From: Tubulanus polymorphus
Taxonomy: Eukaryota; Animalia; Nemertea
Length of the DNA: 64,000 nt
Direction of reading: 5' to 3'
NCBI RefSeq assembly: GCF_964204645.1
Contig: NC_134029.1
Location: 10,814,850-10,878,849, forward strand
Within the stretch, counting starts at the first letter, position 1, and the number at the start of each line of letters is the position of its first letter. The position numbers and the translations under genes were made by a program. Below the pieces are notes generated by a model that made no database searches, was not told the DNA's origin, and worked only from the letters and a program-made list of their open reading frames with translations. This document shows positions 28,905 to 42,000 of the stretch, piece after piece.

Positions 28905-31900
28905 ATGGAAGCAAATAAGTACTACTGTTCAACATATAAAATTGATATAGATAAATCTCAAAAGCAAGACATAATAAAACTAAAACACACTTAGAAAATT
29001 AATTAAAGTTAGAATATAAAGATGATATATTAGAAACTAAATAAGATGTATTAAAGAATGAAATATATAAATGTGATACATGTCATCAATCATTCAGTGA
29101 TAAAAGATATTATAAAGAACATTTAAAATCTAAAAGTCATATTAGAAATATTAATAATGATATTTTAGGTGAAGAATATTTTGATAAAGATATTGATAAG
29201 AAACAGAATACAATTAAAAGAATTAAAAAATAAATTAAACAACAAAGACCATACATAGAAGATGTTAGAAATTATATTAATTCATTAGATAATAAAAAAG
29301 AAATAGAGATAACTGAAGCATTTAAAAGTGATATTGGTCCAGCTGCTATTGAGTTTAAATTTCATAAAGGTTAAACATTAGAAGAAAATAAAAAACATTT
29401 AGAAAATATGAAAAATATTATAAAAATAATTACTGATGTTGAATACCCTAAAATTAGTATATCTTCTAAAGTTAAATTTATTAAATCTGAAGATAAACCA
29501 ATATATAATATAAATTCTCATTCACAACATATTATTTCAAAACAACATATAATACAAATGTTATAATGAAATAAAAAATAAGATAGAAGAAAAATATTTT
29601 GAAGGGTCAGGTTTAATATTCGATGAAATAATATTTATGACTTTACATGTATATAACACAAAATATAATAAATTAACTAAATCAAAAACAATTGATGAAA
29701 ATAATTTATCATATTTTAAAGATGATAATATTAATGGATCAAGTTATATCAAATTACCATTTAAAACTAATGCTGTTATAAATGTACAAAATTCTGATGA
29801 TAAATGTTTTCTATGGTCAATAATTAGTTGCTTACATCCTGCAACTGATAATATTTGTAGAGTATCAAATTATAAACTATTTGAAAATAATTATAAGATT
29901 TAAGAATATCCCAAAAATAGAAAGAGATAATAATATAAAGATAAATGTGTTTGATTTAATCAAATTACCAAAAACAAAAGGCAATAAAATTGAACATTTT
30001 ATATTAGAGCCTTTATACCTATCAAAAGATTATGATTCAAATGGTGTTATAGATATATCATATTATGAGAAACATTATATGTGGATTAAAGAAATAGATT
30101 TATTTTTTAGAACAGAAAATGATCACCATAAAATATATCTTTGTAGAAAATGTATAACTAAATTCAGTAATGAAAGGGCATTATTCAATCATAAGCAATT
30201 ATGCGATAATCATGATTATTGTAAAATAGTTTTACCAAATGAAAAGGATAAAGTATTAGAATTCAAAAAAATATGATTACAAAAATAAAGTACCATTTGT
30301 AATATATGGAGATTTTGAATCATTAAATAAAGAATCAACTGATAAAGATAGAAAAGATATATATCATAAAAGAAAGAAATTAAATTCTAATTCTGATGTA
30401 ATTGATTATTCAGATCCTTTTATAACAAATACTATTAAAAAGATTCATCAAAGTGCTGCAGCTTTCGGGTTATATATAAAATCAGACTATCCAGAACTAA
30501 TTGAAAGTGAATATTATCATTATAGAAATGAAAATGTTATCAATAATTTTTGTGACTTATTAATTGAGTATGAAATCAAATTTAGTAAACTATTAGATAC
30601 AAATAAAGAAATAATTATGACAGAAGAAGAAAAAGAAGAATTTGAGTTTGCTGATAAATGTTTTTATTGTGAAAAGATATTTAATTTTAGAGATAAAAAA
30701 GTAAGAGACCATGATCATTTGAATGGAAAGTTTAGAGGCGCAGCCCATGAGAATTGTAACTTACAAGCTAAGAAAATTAACTTTGTTCCAGTTATATTTC
30801 ATAATTTATCAGGGTATGATGCACATTTATTTATCAAACAGCTATGTCATAAAATAGAAGAAATCAATAATGAAATAGAAAGAGTAAATTCATATAGATC
30901 AAAAGATAAAATACCAACTTATAAATTTAAAATGTTAGCATCTGAGAATTATATATCTTTCCAATTTGGATGCCTAAGATTTATAGATTCATATAGATTT
31001 TTAGGTAGTTCATTAGATAATTTATCAAAATCATTAGTTGATGATGAATTAAAGATATTAAAACAACACTATCAACATAATGATGATTTTCAAGTAATGA
31101 GATATAAAGGCGCGATTCCAAATTCATTTTATAAATCGCATAATGATTTTAACATAACTGAATTATTAAAAGAACAATTTTATGATGAATCAAAAAAAAT
31201 GTGTATGTTAAAGATGAAGTCTATAATAGAACATTGAATATTTGGAAAATCATGGACAATTAGTAGATTTATATTCAAAATCAGATGTATTATTATTATC
31301 TGATATATTCGAAAGGTTTAGAGATGTAAATCTAAAATATTTCAATATTGATCCTTTCCATTGTTACTCTAGTCCAGGTTTAACTTGGGACTGCGGATTA
31401 AAATTTACAGAAATAAAAATGGATTTATTAACAAATATAGATCAATTATTATTATTTGAAAAATCTATATGAGGAGGAGTTTCGGGTGTATTAGGTGATA
31501 GATATTTCAATGTAAACGATAACCCTGGATATAAATTATTATATATAGATGCAAATAATCTATATGGTTGGGCAATGATGGAACCACAACCTTATGGAGT
31601 ATTTGAAATAACTGAAGTTTTACAACATGAAAATAATGATAAATTCAATTGGAAGAAAAGAATTCTAGATATTGCAGATGATTCAGGTACTGGTTACTTC
31701 TTTGTTGTAGATTTAGAATATCCTGAAGATAGAAAAATTTAAATCTAGAAATCTAGCTTACTGCCCCGAACATAAAACTGTTACGCATGAAGAATTATCA
31801 AATTATCAAAAAAGAATTAAACCCGAAAATCATATTCATACAGAAAAGCTAATGGTAACTCAGGAAGATAAATATAATTATGTCGTACATTATAGAATGT

Positions 31901-32886
31901 TGAAGTTTTATTTGAATCAAGGAATGGTTCTAAAAAAAGTACATAGATATATTTCATTTAGTCAATCTAAATGGTTGGTTGAAAAATATATAGATTTTAA
32001 CACCAAACAGAGAACTAAAGCGAAAACTGATTTTGAGAAAGATTTCTTCAAGTTAATGAATAATGCATTCTATGGTATGACCTGTGAAAATATTAGAAAT
32101 AGAAATGATATTGAGTTAGTTAGTAATGGTAAAAGGATAAGGCATTTACAAACATATCCTAAATTTATTGGTAACAGAATATTTGATAAAAATTTAGCTG
32201 CTGATAAAATGAAAAGAACTTCTATGAAATTTAATCAACCAATTTATGTTGGTGCTTCAGTTTTAGAAATATCAAAATTATTGATGTATGAATTCTATTA
32301 TAACGTATTACAGCCTCATTTTGGAGAAAAGCATATAGAAATCTTATATTTTGATACTGACAGTTACATATTAAAGATTAAAACTAATAACATAACAGAT
32401 GATTTAAAAACATTAAAACATCATTTTGATTTCAGTAACTATCCAAAAGCTCATGAATTGTTTAACAATGATAATAAAAAAGTGCCCGGTAAATTCAAAC
32501 ATGAATTAGGTGGTGAAGAAATGATAGAATTAATAAGTATTAGATCTAAAATGTATTCATATAAAACCAAAACTCATGAAGCTAAAAAGTTAAAAGGAAT
32601 TACCAAAAGCGTAGTAGAAAAGAATATTCATTTCAAAGATTACATCAATTGTATATTTAATGAAGAAGTTAGAAAACATAAGATGAAATGTTTAAGATCA
32701 GAAGATCACGAGATGTTCATTGAAGAGATAGAAAAGGTTAGTTTAAATCCTTTCGATGATAAAAGATATATTTTAGATGATGGAAATCATACAGTAACTT
32801 ATGGCTGTAATTTAGGTGAATATCTAAAATTTAAAAGAGAAGAAGAGAAAGAAAAGGAAATTATTAAAAGGATTATTACATGTTAA
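28905..32886 (+). pseudogene. polB: Protein-primed family B DNA polymerase with N-terminal C2H2/U1-type Zn fingers and an endonuclease VII insert; multiple frameshifts and stops
   Basis: ExoI VIYGDFES, ExoII IFHNLSGYDAHLFI, ExoIII YSKSDVLLL, motif A YIDANNLYGWAM, motif B KLMNNAFYG, motif C YFDTDS, C-terminal LNPFDDKRY; CFYC...RDHDHLNGKFRGAAHENCN EndoVII signature. Confidence 0.93.
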
Positions 32887-32926
32887 TCGGCTTTAATTCA
32901 ATTTCAATAAAACATATCTTATTAAA

Positions 32927-33280
32927 ATGGAGAGTAAAGAAGCACACAGTGAGAACAACAAATCATTTCTAGATAGAATAAAAGATATCACAAATGCTAA
33001 ATCAGTAGATTATAGATTTAAGAAGTTAACAGAATTAACAATTCATAAGTAATATCTAATTACTAATATTGATACAGTTACTAACAAATGTGGAGATAAA
33101 TTAGTTATTCACTTAGAATATGAAGGATTAAAAGGAAATACATATAAAATCAAAACATATTTACCAGATAGATTTCATAGATTATCAAGTGAAGATTTAG
33201 AAGAATTATTTTCAGGTGATTTCTATTTCATATATAGGGGTAAGAATGAAAAAGGGCACCATGAAATAGATTTCGAATAA
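32927..33280 (+). pseudogene. Small (~117 aa) protein after PolB, possibly OB-fold ssDNA-binding; one internal stop
   Basis: ATG in ATTAAAATGG context; MESKEAH...KTYLPDRF...FYFIYRGK...EIDFE*; fold is inferred from position and beta-rich pattern. Confidence 0.5.
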
Positions 33281-33294
33281 AATATGTAAAATAA

Positions 33295-34042
33295 ATGGTA
33301 GAATTAAAAGAATACAGAATATTTGTTGATTCAAGAAGACTTACAAATTATAAATCACATAATTTACTAGTACAATTAGATAGAGAATTTAAAAATTGTG
33401 TAGATTTAAAATTAGTAAATGTAAGTTTATGTAATTCTTTTTATAATATATCGGATAAAAGTATTGAACATAGAGTCTTTTTAATTCATGACAGAAATAA
33501 GAATAGATGGTTTCATCTTTATCTTAAACCTGGATTATATAATTTAGAAACATTAGCTCAAGAAATAAATAAAAGAGCACGCTCAAAATGGGCGCATCTG
33601 CTGGATTTGGATTATGACTTATTAAAAGTGATAGCTCTGATAAAGTAAGAATAAAATTAGGCAATGATGATCAACATCAATTTCTAGTTAAAAAACCTTT
33701 AGCTAAAATTTTAGGAATTAACCCAGATGTAAGGTAATGCTGATGCTACACCAAACTTAATACCTTTTACACACTTTTATATTTATTGCAATTTAAATGA
33801 TCCTACAAAGACATTTGAAGCAACTAAAGATACAATTTGTAGTTCTGGTTTATTGAATATTTTACCATTGAAGAATGTTAAAGAATTTGGAACGCAAATA
33901 AATTATAATTTAGCCGAGTGCGATTTCAAACCATGCATTCCTCAATTTAATCATTTTAGATTAGAAATTAGAAATCAAAATGGATACTTAATTGATTTGA
34001 ATAACTTTCCTGTGATAACATGAATTAGTTATAAGATGTTAA
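33295..34042 (+). pseudogene. Minor capsid (penton-like, single jelly roll) protein, frameshifted
   Basis: IFVDSRR...SLCNSFYNI...LKPGLYN...HFYIYCNL...LEIRNQNGYLIDLNNFPV pattern typical of polinton/PLV pentons. Confidence 0.75.
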
Positions 34043-34065
34043 GAGTAATTTTTCGCTATATAAAT

Positions 34066-34407
34066 ATGAATATAACTGTTGGACCGAGTATATGTTTTGG
34101 GTTTGATTTTAAACATGGTAAAGAAATGAGATTTAAACTAAATGATGTAATTATTGATATTAAACGCGAATCATTTAATAATGCATCAATGATTAATAAA
34201 AGAAATTATAATGTAGAAAAAGTAATTGATTTAATCAAAACACCTTTAGAATATTATGAATTAAATGAAGATGGAATAATCGATGATATTAAAAACATAT
34301 TAACTGAAATATATGATAATCATAAAAGTAGTAATGAAATAAATGTTGAAATAATTATAACTAAGATAACTAAATATTTTGAAGATAGTAATTTTTTTGA
34401 TAAATAA
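34066..34407 (+). CDS. Hypothetical viral protein (~113 aa)
   Basis: Open frame between the penton and the next gene; its stop overlaps the next TAAATG. Confidence 0.55.
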   Translation: MNITVGPSICFGFDFKHGKEMRFKLNDVIIDIKRESFNNASMINKRNYNVEKVIDLIKTPLEYYELNEDGIIDDIKNILTEIYDNHKSSNEINVEIIITKITKYFEDSNFFDK

Positions 34408-34629
34408 ATGAGTGATAATAAGTGGATAATAACTGGATTATATAATGGTGCCTTACTATCAGTTGGAACTGTTGGTTAATCAATGGTATTAAAAAAAGTA
34501 TTAAAAATGGGAAGTGTTAATGTTGATAGATTTGATATAAATGATATTTTAAAATTAACATTAGCAGTTACTTTATCTAATTTAACTATTGATTATTTGG
34601 AAAAACAAAAATATATTCCTCCTATATAA
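34408..34629 (+). pseudogene. Small hydrophobic protein (73 codons, one internal stop)
   Basis: TAAATG start; MSDNKWIITGLYNGALLSVGTVG*SMVLKKV...DILKLTLAVTLSNLTIDYLEKQKYIPPI*. Confidence 0.6.
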
Positions 34630-34653
34630 ATGCGTAATTGTTTTGTTAAATAA

Positions 34654-35076
34654 ATGGCATCTACAGTTATAACTATTATAGGATGGGCAATTGTTAACGC
34701 TTTAGCATTTACTGGTGGTGGTTATTTATTTAAACATATTGATAAAAAATGTTCATTATCAGAACAAAAAAGACACAACTTATCGTTAGAAAAGTATAAT
34801 AAAGCAGCCGAAGAATATAGAGAAAAGAGACAAAACTATATGGATTACATCAATAAAGAATTATATAACCAGAAAATTACACATAGAGATTTTCAATCAG
34901 TTGATGATGCAATGAGTTTATACAACGCAGTAACAAATAAAGAAAAATTAAATCTATATAAACCTAAATTATCGGATTATTATACACCAAGTAAAGAACA
35001 ACAGAAATATGAAAAAATTTGGATTTTAGGTGGAACAGTTATTGTTATATTTGTAGCATATAAATTTACTAATTAG
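34654..35076 (+). CDS. Putative membrane-anchored virion protein (140 aa)
   Basis: TAAATG start; hydrophobic N-terminus (IIGWAIVNALAFTGGGYLF), coiled-coil-like middle, C-terminal hydrophobic segment (IWILGGTVIVIFVAY). Confidence 0.7.
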   Translation: MASTVITIIGWAIVNALAFTGGGYLFKHIDKKCSLSEQKRHNLSLEKYNKAAEEYREKRQNYMDYINKELYNQKITHRDFQSVDDAMSLYNAVTNKEKLNLYKPKLSDYYTPSKEQQKYEKIWILGGTVIVIFVAYKFTN

Positions 35077-37016
35077 TAATTTTTCTTTCTAAATAAATGG
35101 AGGATAAAGTTGATAATATTGATATTATTCCTCACGATATAAATAAAACTAAATTAAAACTATATTTGGAAAAACAAATAATCGAATTTGAAAATGACTT
35201 AAAGATAAAAAAGAAAAAATATTTAAAATCTAAAATTATCTAAATTATTTTATTATCAGTGGTTCAGTTCCAATAAGTTCTGTAATAACATTTCTAGCAT
35301 TAATCTCACCATTAACACCTTTAGCTATCTCAATTGGAGCTTTAGGTTTAAGTTCAAGTGTATTAACCGGAATAAATTCAAAATTAAATTTAGCTGCCAA
35401 GCAGCGATGACGGGTTTTCTGCAAAGATGGGAATTGTAGTAAATTGAAATATCGATACATAGAATAAAATGCATTGACAGATTCGAACCTAATATGCTAC
35501 CACTGTGTAAACGTCAAATATGATTCAGCTTTGAAACCGAACATACGCGGACGTACAATCAACAAATATTAATTCATTTGACCAGGCATTTATTTTGGCA
35601 TTCAAACATCATGATACTGTATTATCACCATGCTTAAAAATGGATCTGTCCTATTAAGAACTCATTTGAAGCACCTGCGGAGTCGATAGATTGAGTGAAT
35701 TTACAGATAAGAACGTATTATGATTTAGAATAGATTTAAGAAGTTAATGTTTTTAATGAAATATTTGAATAAATACATATTTTGTAGTGTAGATTCAATC
35801 AATAAATTATGAATTGATCTGGTCTGGGTTTCCGTTTGATGTTGGTTTTTGGCTTTTATGGATTACAAATTCTTTAGTGATAAACAATTGATACCTGCAA
35901 CATGTGTGTAAATCAAACCTATTCCACTAGTTGCGTGTGTTTCCTAATAAACGGGAGAGTCACTCTTGATCTGAGTTATTAGAAAAATAATGTTCATTTA
36001 GTTATAGAAATTCATTGCCTTTTTGGAAATTCTGTAATAATATTTGTTCCGTCCTGATTTTTATTACTGTATGAACCAATGATATGCTTTGTAAATATGA
36101 TGTAATAAAATAAGTTTGAATTTGAATTAAATTTGAACATGAATATCAAGCATAACTTGTTTTTTCAATTTGTCTTTTGTTAACAGTTCCAGAGTTTCAA
36201 TTACAATCAAATCCAAATTGGCTAAAAAGTACATATGACTAAATGAAATGAACCGTTAGTTACTGCAAACCTAATCCAGTGTTATGTCGATCGTGTTGAA
36301 TCACTTTCCTTGAGTTGAAAGAATCAGATCTTCTATGGTGCAACATCGGTCGAAGAGAGATATGTTAGTGTTGACTGTCCTTGACCATCTAACTGCATGC
36401 GTTTGACATTGGAATCAGCATCATACCCATTTGAACTGCAAAATATTCATACAACATGAAAACGTACAGTACATGTATACAGTTCTCAAACTTTCACCGA
36501 TGTTGGATATTTGAATGAACGTTGGGCTTATTTCAGTATTCTAAAGCAGGAAATAATAAGCCCAATCAATAGGCCCTATTCCCATTGGAAAAGATTGTAT
36601 AATGCGTACGCTATACCGTACACTTATCAGTCAAGAATGGAGAAATCGGTATACCAAACCTACGAACAGCAAAATGTACAGGCCTACAATGATTTCTGGT
36701 ATACAAGCCGTGACCACATGAACGTTTTGGTTTGACTATTAATGTCAGCAGGTCAGAGAAGGCCTGGCCAAATTTAATCACATGGCTCAAATCAATTAGC
36801 CTTTCTGCGTGTGAATACTTCACTATTGCTTTAAAAATAGGCCTATCGAGTGAATTAGTACATAGACTGAATTAGACTTTAGGCTAGTCCTGAGCAAATC
36901 CTATCCATGTTATAATTGCACCAGTTATATTAACATCACTGTAGGGCCGACGAGAGGGAGAAAGTTGTGTTTGTAGCACATAGGCATGGTAGGCTTGTCG
37001 TACTCACTTAATACTT

Positions 37017-37480
37017 AAAACGCTGTTGTTACCTGTACGTGACTGTACGGTAATTTCTACAGGTTAGCCGTATGTGAGTATGTTGACGCTCAGACTTGCA
37101 ATATTGGGATTCGAAACCAAACGAAAAAAAAGTCCAGTTGTAGTCCAGTGATTTACCCACTGTGCCACAGAACGTAAATTAATTAAATTTGATTTACAAA
37201 TAGCCTAGCCTCACCTAACCCAAACTCTATTCTTTCACGCATGCGCGTTTGCAGATTATAGGATTTCACGTATGGCGTTTTTAGGGAACTCACGTACGGT
37301 TAACCTGTGGATATCACCGTACAGTCAAGTACGGGTAACAACTTCGTACTTAAAAAATTGTATTGGCTACTAAGAACTCACGTACGGCGTTAGTAGGGAA
37401 CTCACGTACGGTTTACCTGTGGAGATCACCATACAGTCACGTACGAGTAATAACTACGTACTAAAAATGGTATTGGCTAC
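37017..37480. mobile_element. MITE with TIRs and a duplicated right arm; contains a tRNA-derived (A-box/B-box) segment on the minus strand at ~37106-37168
   Basis: GTTGTTACCTGTACGTGACTGTACGG / CCGTACAGTCAAGTACGGGTAACAAC; minus-strand GTGGCACAGTGG...GGTTTCGAATCCCA. Confidence 0.55.
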
Positions 37481-37721
37481 TATACAATAGGCCTATAGAC
37501 AAATAAATACCGGTACTGCGGTAGGCTTTCTTAGCTTCCACACTTCACAACCGAACCAACTGACCAACCAGTATATTTAGTCCCAGTACGCACCAACCGG
37601 CACAGGCCTAACACTGTTTGTCAACTGTGTGTACCGTTGTAGGCTATCGATATCGATAATCACCTGATACTTTTCTGTCGTTTGTTTTCTCTCTGAGACG
37701 AACGTAATTCTAGTAGCAAAC

Positions 37722-39008
37722 GGTAGAAAGTTTCTTTTGTCCAATGTCGTATAGCGCCGCCGCGGTCGAAAATCGAACTAATCTGTCAAGTCGATAATTT
37801 TCTAAGTGAGAAGACGCCGCGTTCAGTTCGCGGTACACTGTACGTACAGTTTTTCGATACACTGCTGTTCAACAAATTTGTTTTGAAGTTGAAGTTCACA
37901 GCGCGCTATTCAGTTTTCAGAAGTAGAGGGCTAAAATAACATCATTCGTAAGATCTCAGATTGAATATTTTCATCAGATTCAGAGCTCAGTTCATTGTAT
38001 AAAATATGTTATTTCATGTATTAGACAGTTACTTCTATTACTCTGACAGGAGTTTTTATGTCATAATTTTTTTTACCTCATGTGTAACTCAATTATAGCA
38101 GAGTTGATAGTTAAATTATCAATTATTAATTTATAAATAAATTAGTATTATTAATCTAATTATTGGATTGATTATTATTAAGAGATATGACATTATAAAC
38201 ATATATATAATGCACAGATATGGATGTTATATATAATGCAAAGATATGGATGTTATAATGATAATGTATTTCTACTCGCATAGAAATGAGAGTAAATTTT
38301 TCCTGTTTGGATATTCTAAAAGCTTATAAGTCCTTTGCCAAGGATATGAATGGTTTGTGATGATATTATGTTAACTAAATTCATTTGTTGGTTGAACGAT
38401 TTCAATTAATATCGCAATATTTAGCATTCGTGATATAATTAATATGATAGAGATATGGCCATTTGTCTATTGTTTATGTTAGCAAAAGATTGCATTTGAT
38501 ATAGAAGGCTTTAAAATGTTTTGATGTATGGTTGAGATTTTCAAAATAAATGTTATGCTTACATGAGATAATTGGAACTAGATGTTTTATTTCATTTTTA
38601 TCAAGTATCGATGGATGAATGTCTTTCGACGATGTGCAGTTAGCCCATTAGAGTTTGCCTTAAAATACTTTACTCTCAGTCTAAGCTGAATTTAATTCAT
38701 ACCACCGTTACAGTACCATAAAATTCACACAAAATCTTTAGCGTCATTGGAATAGGACGTCCCCTGTTTCACATCCGGCAGGTCTGTTGACGGTGGGTAA
38801 GTTTAATAAGGTACACCAAATCTATTAAAACGATCGCTATTTTAAAATCAAATCATCCCGAAGAAAAATGGGGATTCGAACCTATCGGATATATACTGGT
38901 ACTCAGCGTCTTTCCACTTAACAAAACATCGTCAATAACATTAGTTCTTATTATTGCTAAGTAGCGGCGCTACCGGTACTGTCGATCGGACATTAGAAAC
39001 TTTCTACC
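37722..39008. mobile_element. MITE-like segment with imperfect terminal inverted repeats
   Basis: GTAGAAAGTTTCT...GTCC...TAGCGCCGC vs GCGGCGCTA...GGAC..AGAAACTTTCTAC. Confidence 0.45.
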
Positions 39009-42000
39009 TTTTGCATTCTGCAGTAGCCTTTCGCGACTCAACGACCTTGATTTAAACTTGATCAATTCAAAATCTGTTTATTGACGCTTTTGGTTACATG
39101 AACTGATCAGCAATATACTTAAATAAAATAACCGGAATAACAAAAAATCAAAAATATTAAAGAGGTAACAAACAAATGCCCGTAAACCTGTCAGACACGA
39201 GAACGCCGGACTCGTAAACTCTTGGACTCGGACCCGCTGAGCAATAAATTCATAAAATTGACTTTGAAATTGATTGTGGAGAAGAGAGGGAATTATTTGA
39301 TAGCTCTTCCTCGAAAAGAAGAGAGAAATATCGGAAAGAAAACACAAGATGGCTACTAATTGAACGGAGCCAAATTTCCGATGTTTACGGCTCGACAGTG
39401 CCTTTATAACGTGGATTTATCAAAATTCCCATGCAGTATCTGGAGATTGAAGTGAGCTGAAGGATATCATACGGATTGTATCGGCGACAGCGGTAAGGTA
39501 AGGAAGCCTTTACACTATTAACAAAAACTATGTGGAAAAGGGAAAAAAAATAATAATAATCACGCGAATTTCAATAGGGTTTTCTGTGAAGAAACAGAAA
39601 ACCCTAAATATAAAAAGTTATAAAGAAAAAATAAAATCTAATATAAAAGAAATTAATAAATTAAAAAATACATTAGATTATATAATAATGATAATATAAC
39701 AGTTGAAGAACAGGATAAATTATTAAAAGAATTAATTAATTATTTATTTTTTTATTATATAAATGGGGTTTCCAAAAAGCTTTCCAATATAATAAATCAA
39801 TTAAATATAATATTCCAGCAATAGATTTTAATAAAGATATTTCATATAGAAATTAAGTTTTAGATTCATTAATTAATTTAGATATTTATGTTACTGAAAC
39901 TAATTATTCTAATGCAAAGATGGAAAACATATTTCATGTATATTTAATTAATTTTAAAAAATTGAAAGATGAAAAACAATGGTTATTAAAATCTAATATG
40001 AAATATTGGCAGAACCAATTAAATTTTGCAGTTTATTGTGCAACAACAGGATGTGGAATTAGTTGGAATGATCATTTGAATAATTCAAAATATGAATTAA
40101 TTCAAAGTTTATTTAGATTCCATACTTATTTTCAAATAAGATTAATAATAAATGAATTAGAGACTCCTTTGCCAGGATCTAGAGATTTTAAAGAATTAGA
40201 TAATAATATTAATTTATCAAAGTTTTATAAAATTTGTAATGAATTTAATATAGATATAAATATTCTGATTTTAGAACAAAAATTGGAACAATAAGATTAC
40301 TTCCTTGCCCTGAAAATGTTGCAGCATATTGTACACTTCCCATACCATCTAATAGTTTTTATAATATCTATAATAATAAATTAGGTTATGGTAAAATAGA
40401 AACAAAGGATTTAGAAACACTAAATTTCAATAAATTACCGAAATTCTATGATAATTTAAAACAAGAAAACATTAATGGTTGGGTTTATTTTATTTTAGAA
40501 AATAGTGAAGGTTTTACTAAATCAGGTATACAAAGAATAAATCAATCAATTAGAACTTATTTGATATGTATTCTAGGTGCACAGGTTGTAACAAGATCCC
40601 CAATAATAGGAAATTTAAATACATCATTTGATACACAAAAACAATTTAAAGTTTTATTTGAAGATTCTATTCATAATGATAAAAATAGATCGATTCCAGA
40701 AAATATAGTCAGGTACCAAATTTATTTAGATAAATCTCATGTAAGATGAAATTATTGTATAGGACCTAATTTATTAATTATTTCTGATGATTTAATATTA
40801 AAGATGGAAAATATAATTAGGGTTTTCTGTTACATCACAGAAAACCCTATTGAGATTCGCGTGTTTCTTATTATTATTATTATTATTATTATTTTTTTCC
40901 ACACATTTTTTGTCAAAAGTACATAGGCTTTTTTACATTACCGCTGTTGCCGATACAATCCGTCTGATATCATTCAGCTCAGTTCGATCTACAAATACTC
41001 CGTGCGAATTTTGAAGAATCAACGTTACAAAAGCACTGTCGGGCAGTAAACATCGAAAATTGAGCCCCATTCAAAAAGCCGACATGTTTTTCTAAGTCGT
41101 CTTTCCGAAATCTACCGCGCGTTTCTTGTCACATCGATTATCAATTCAAGCATAAATTAACAAATTTATTACCCAAAGATTGCACATTCTGTCGCGGTTT
41201 TTAAAAACTAATTTTAACAATAACCCATTTTCCTCATCAAATTATAATACCAATACACAGGAAATTTACTACTTTAGATTTTAAAAGCACTGTCGAGCCG
41301 TAAACATCGACAAATCGACGTGTGTCACTACATCGTCGTTCCGGGAATCAGCTGCGAGTTTCTCCTCATTCTGAGAATCAAATCGAGTACAAATTAATTT
41401 ATTACTACCAGTGATTGGGCTGCGGGCGTCAAGCAGTTAATTTAGCAATACCTATTTTTCTTTACCAAATTTACCGTGTTTTTACTAAGATAAATGTACC
41501 GGGGAGTCGTAGGCCTAAACTAAACACGCCGAAGAGATTATAGGGGAGAAAAGCTGTTATGTCGACGAGGTATCAAAATAAAACAATATATTACTTTATT
41601 CGGCCGCGGGCCTCCATATCAATACCATCAATATTCTATATTTCCTACAGTACATACCGATCATTGTCAAATCCACAAGGTATTTACTAAATACAAGTAT
41701 AAAGCACAGTCGTATCCGTATGCTGGACTCACACTTGACATTCGGAGTAAGCGTTCGCTGTGGGGGAAAGGAGATCGTTCGCTGGGTCACATGAAGTGTT
41801 TATCGAGTTTTACGCGACTTTAAAGTTTTAGTATGGTGGCTGATAAGATAACAAAACACGAATATGCAAATGAGGGCGACATTACGACAAAACGACAAAA
41901 CTAAAATAACGCGAGAAAACAATGATTTTGATTTTGTCGCCCGCGACAATTCATTATTTTGGTTTTATCGCCCACGACAATTCATTACTTTGGTTTTATC

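Larger units (their letters stand above)
27885..28910 (+). repeat. Left terminal inverted repeat, interrupted by a MITE at 28041-28687
   Basis: AGTATTTATTGGCGGCCATC...CGTGAAGGATAAAC repeats...GGATATTAAAATGGA matches the reverse complement of 52189-52560. Confidence 0.9.
35390..39608 (-). mobile_element. Helentron/DINE-type non-autonomous element B carrying nested MITEs
   Basis: 5' end TAGGGTTTTCTG-hairpin-AGAAAACCCTA plus (TAT)n at ~39545-39608; 3' end GAAAACCCGTCATCGCTGCTTGGCAGCTA at 35390-35425; 39360-39500 is homologous to 40940-41070; inserted in an A/T run. Confidence 0.75.
35097..39745 (+). pseudogene. Membrane protein with two hydrophobic segments, split by the 35390-39608 insertion
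   Basis: TAAATG start; IIFIISGSVPISSVITFLALISPLTPLAISIGALGLSSSVLTG; rejoining the junction gives in-frame GINSKLN|IKSYKEKIKSNIKEINKLK. Confidence 0.65.

Noticed and set aside
37106-37168. tRNA gene from A/B-box motifs (GGTTCGAATCC-like also near 28140, 28262, 28565, 38872, 54723)
   Set aside because: No complete cloverleaf; SINE- or MITE-derived fragments
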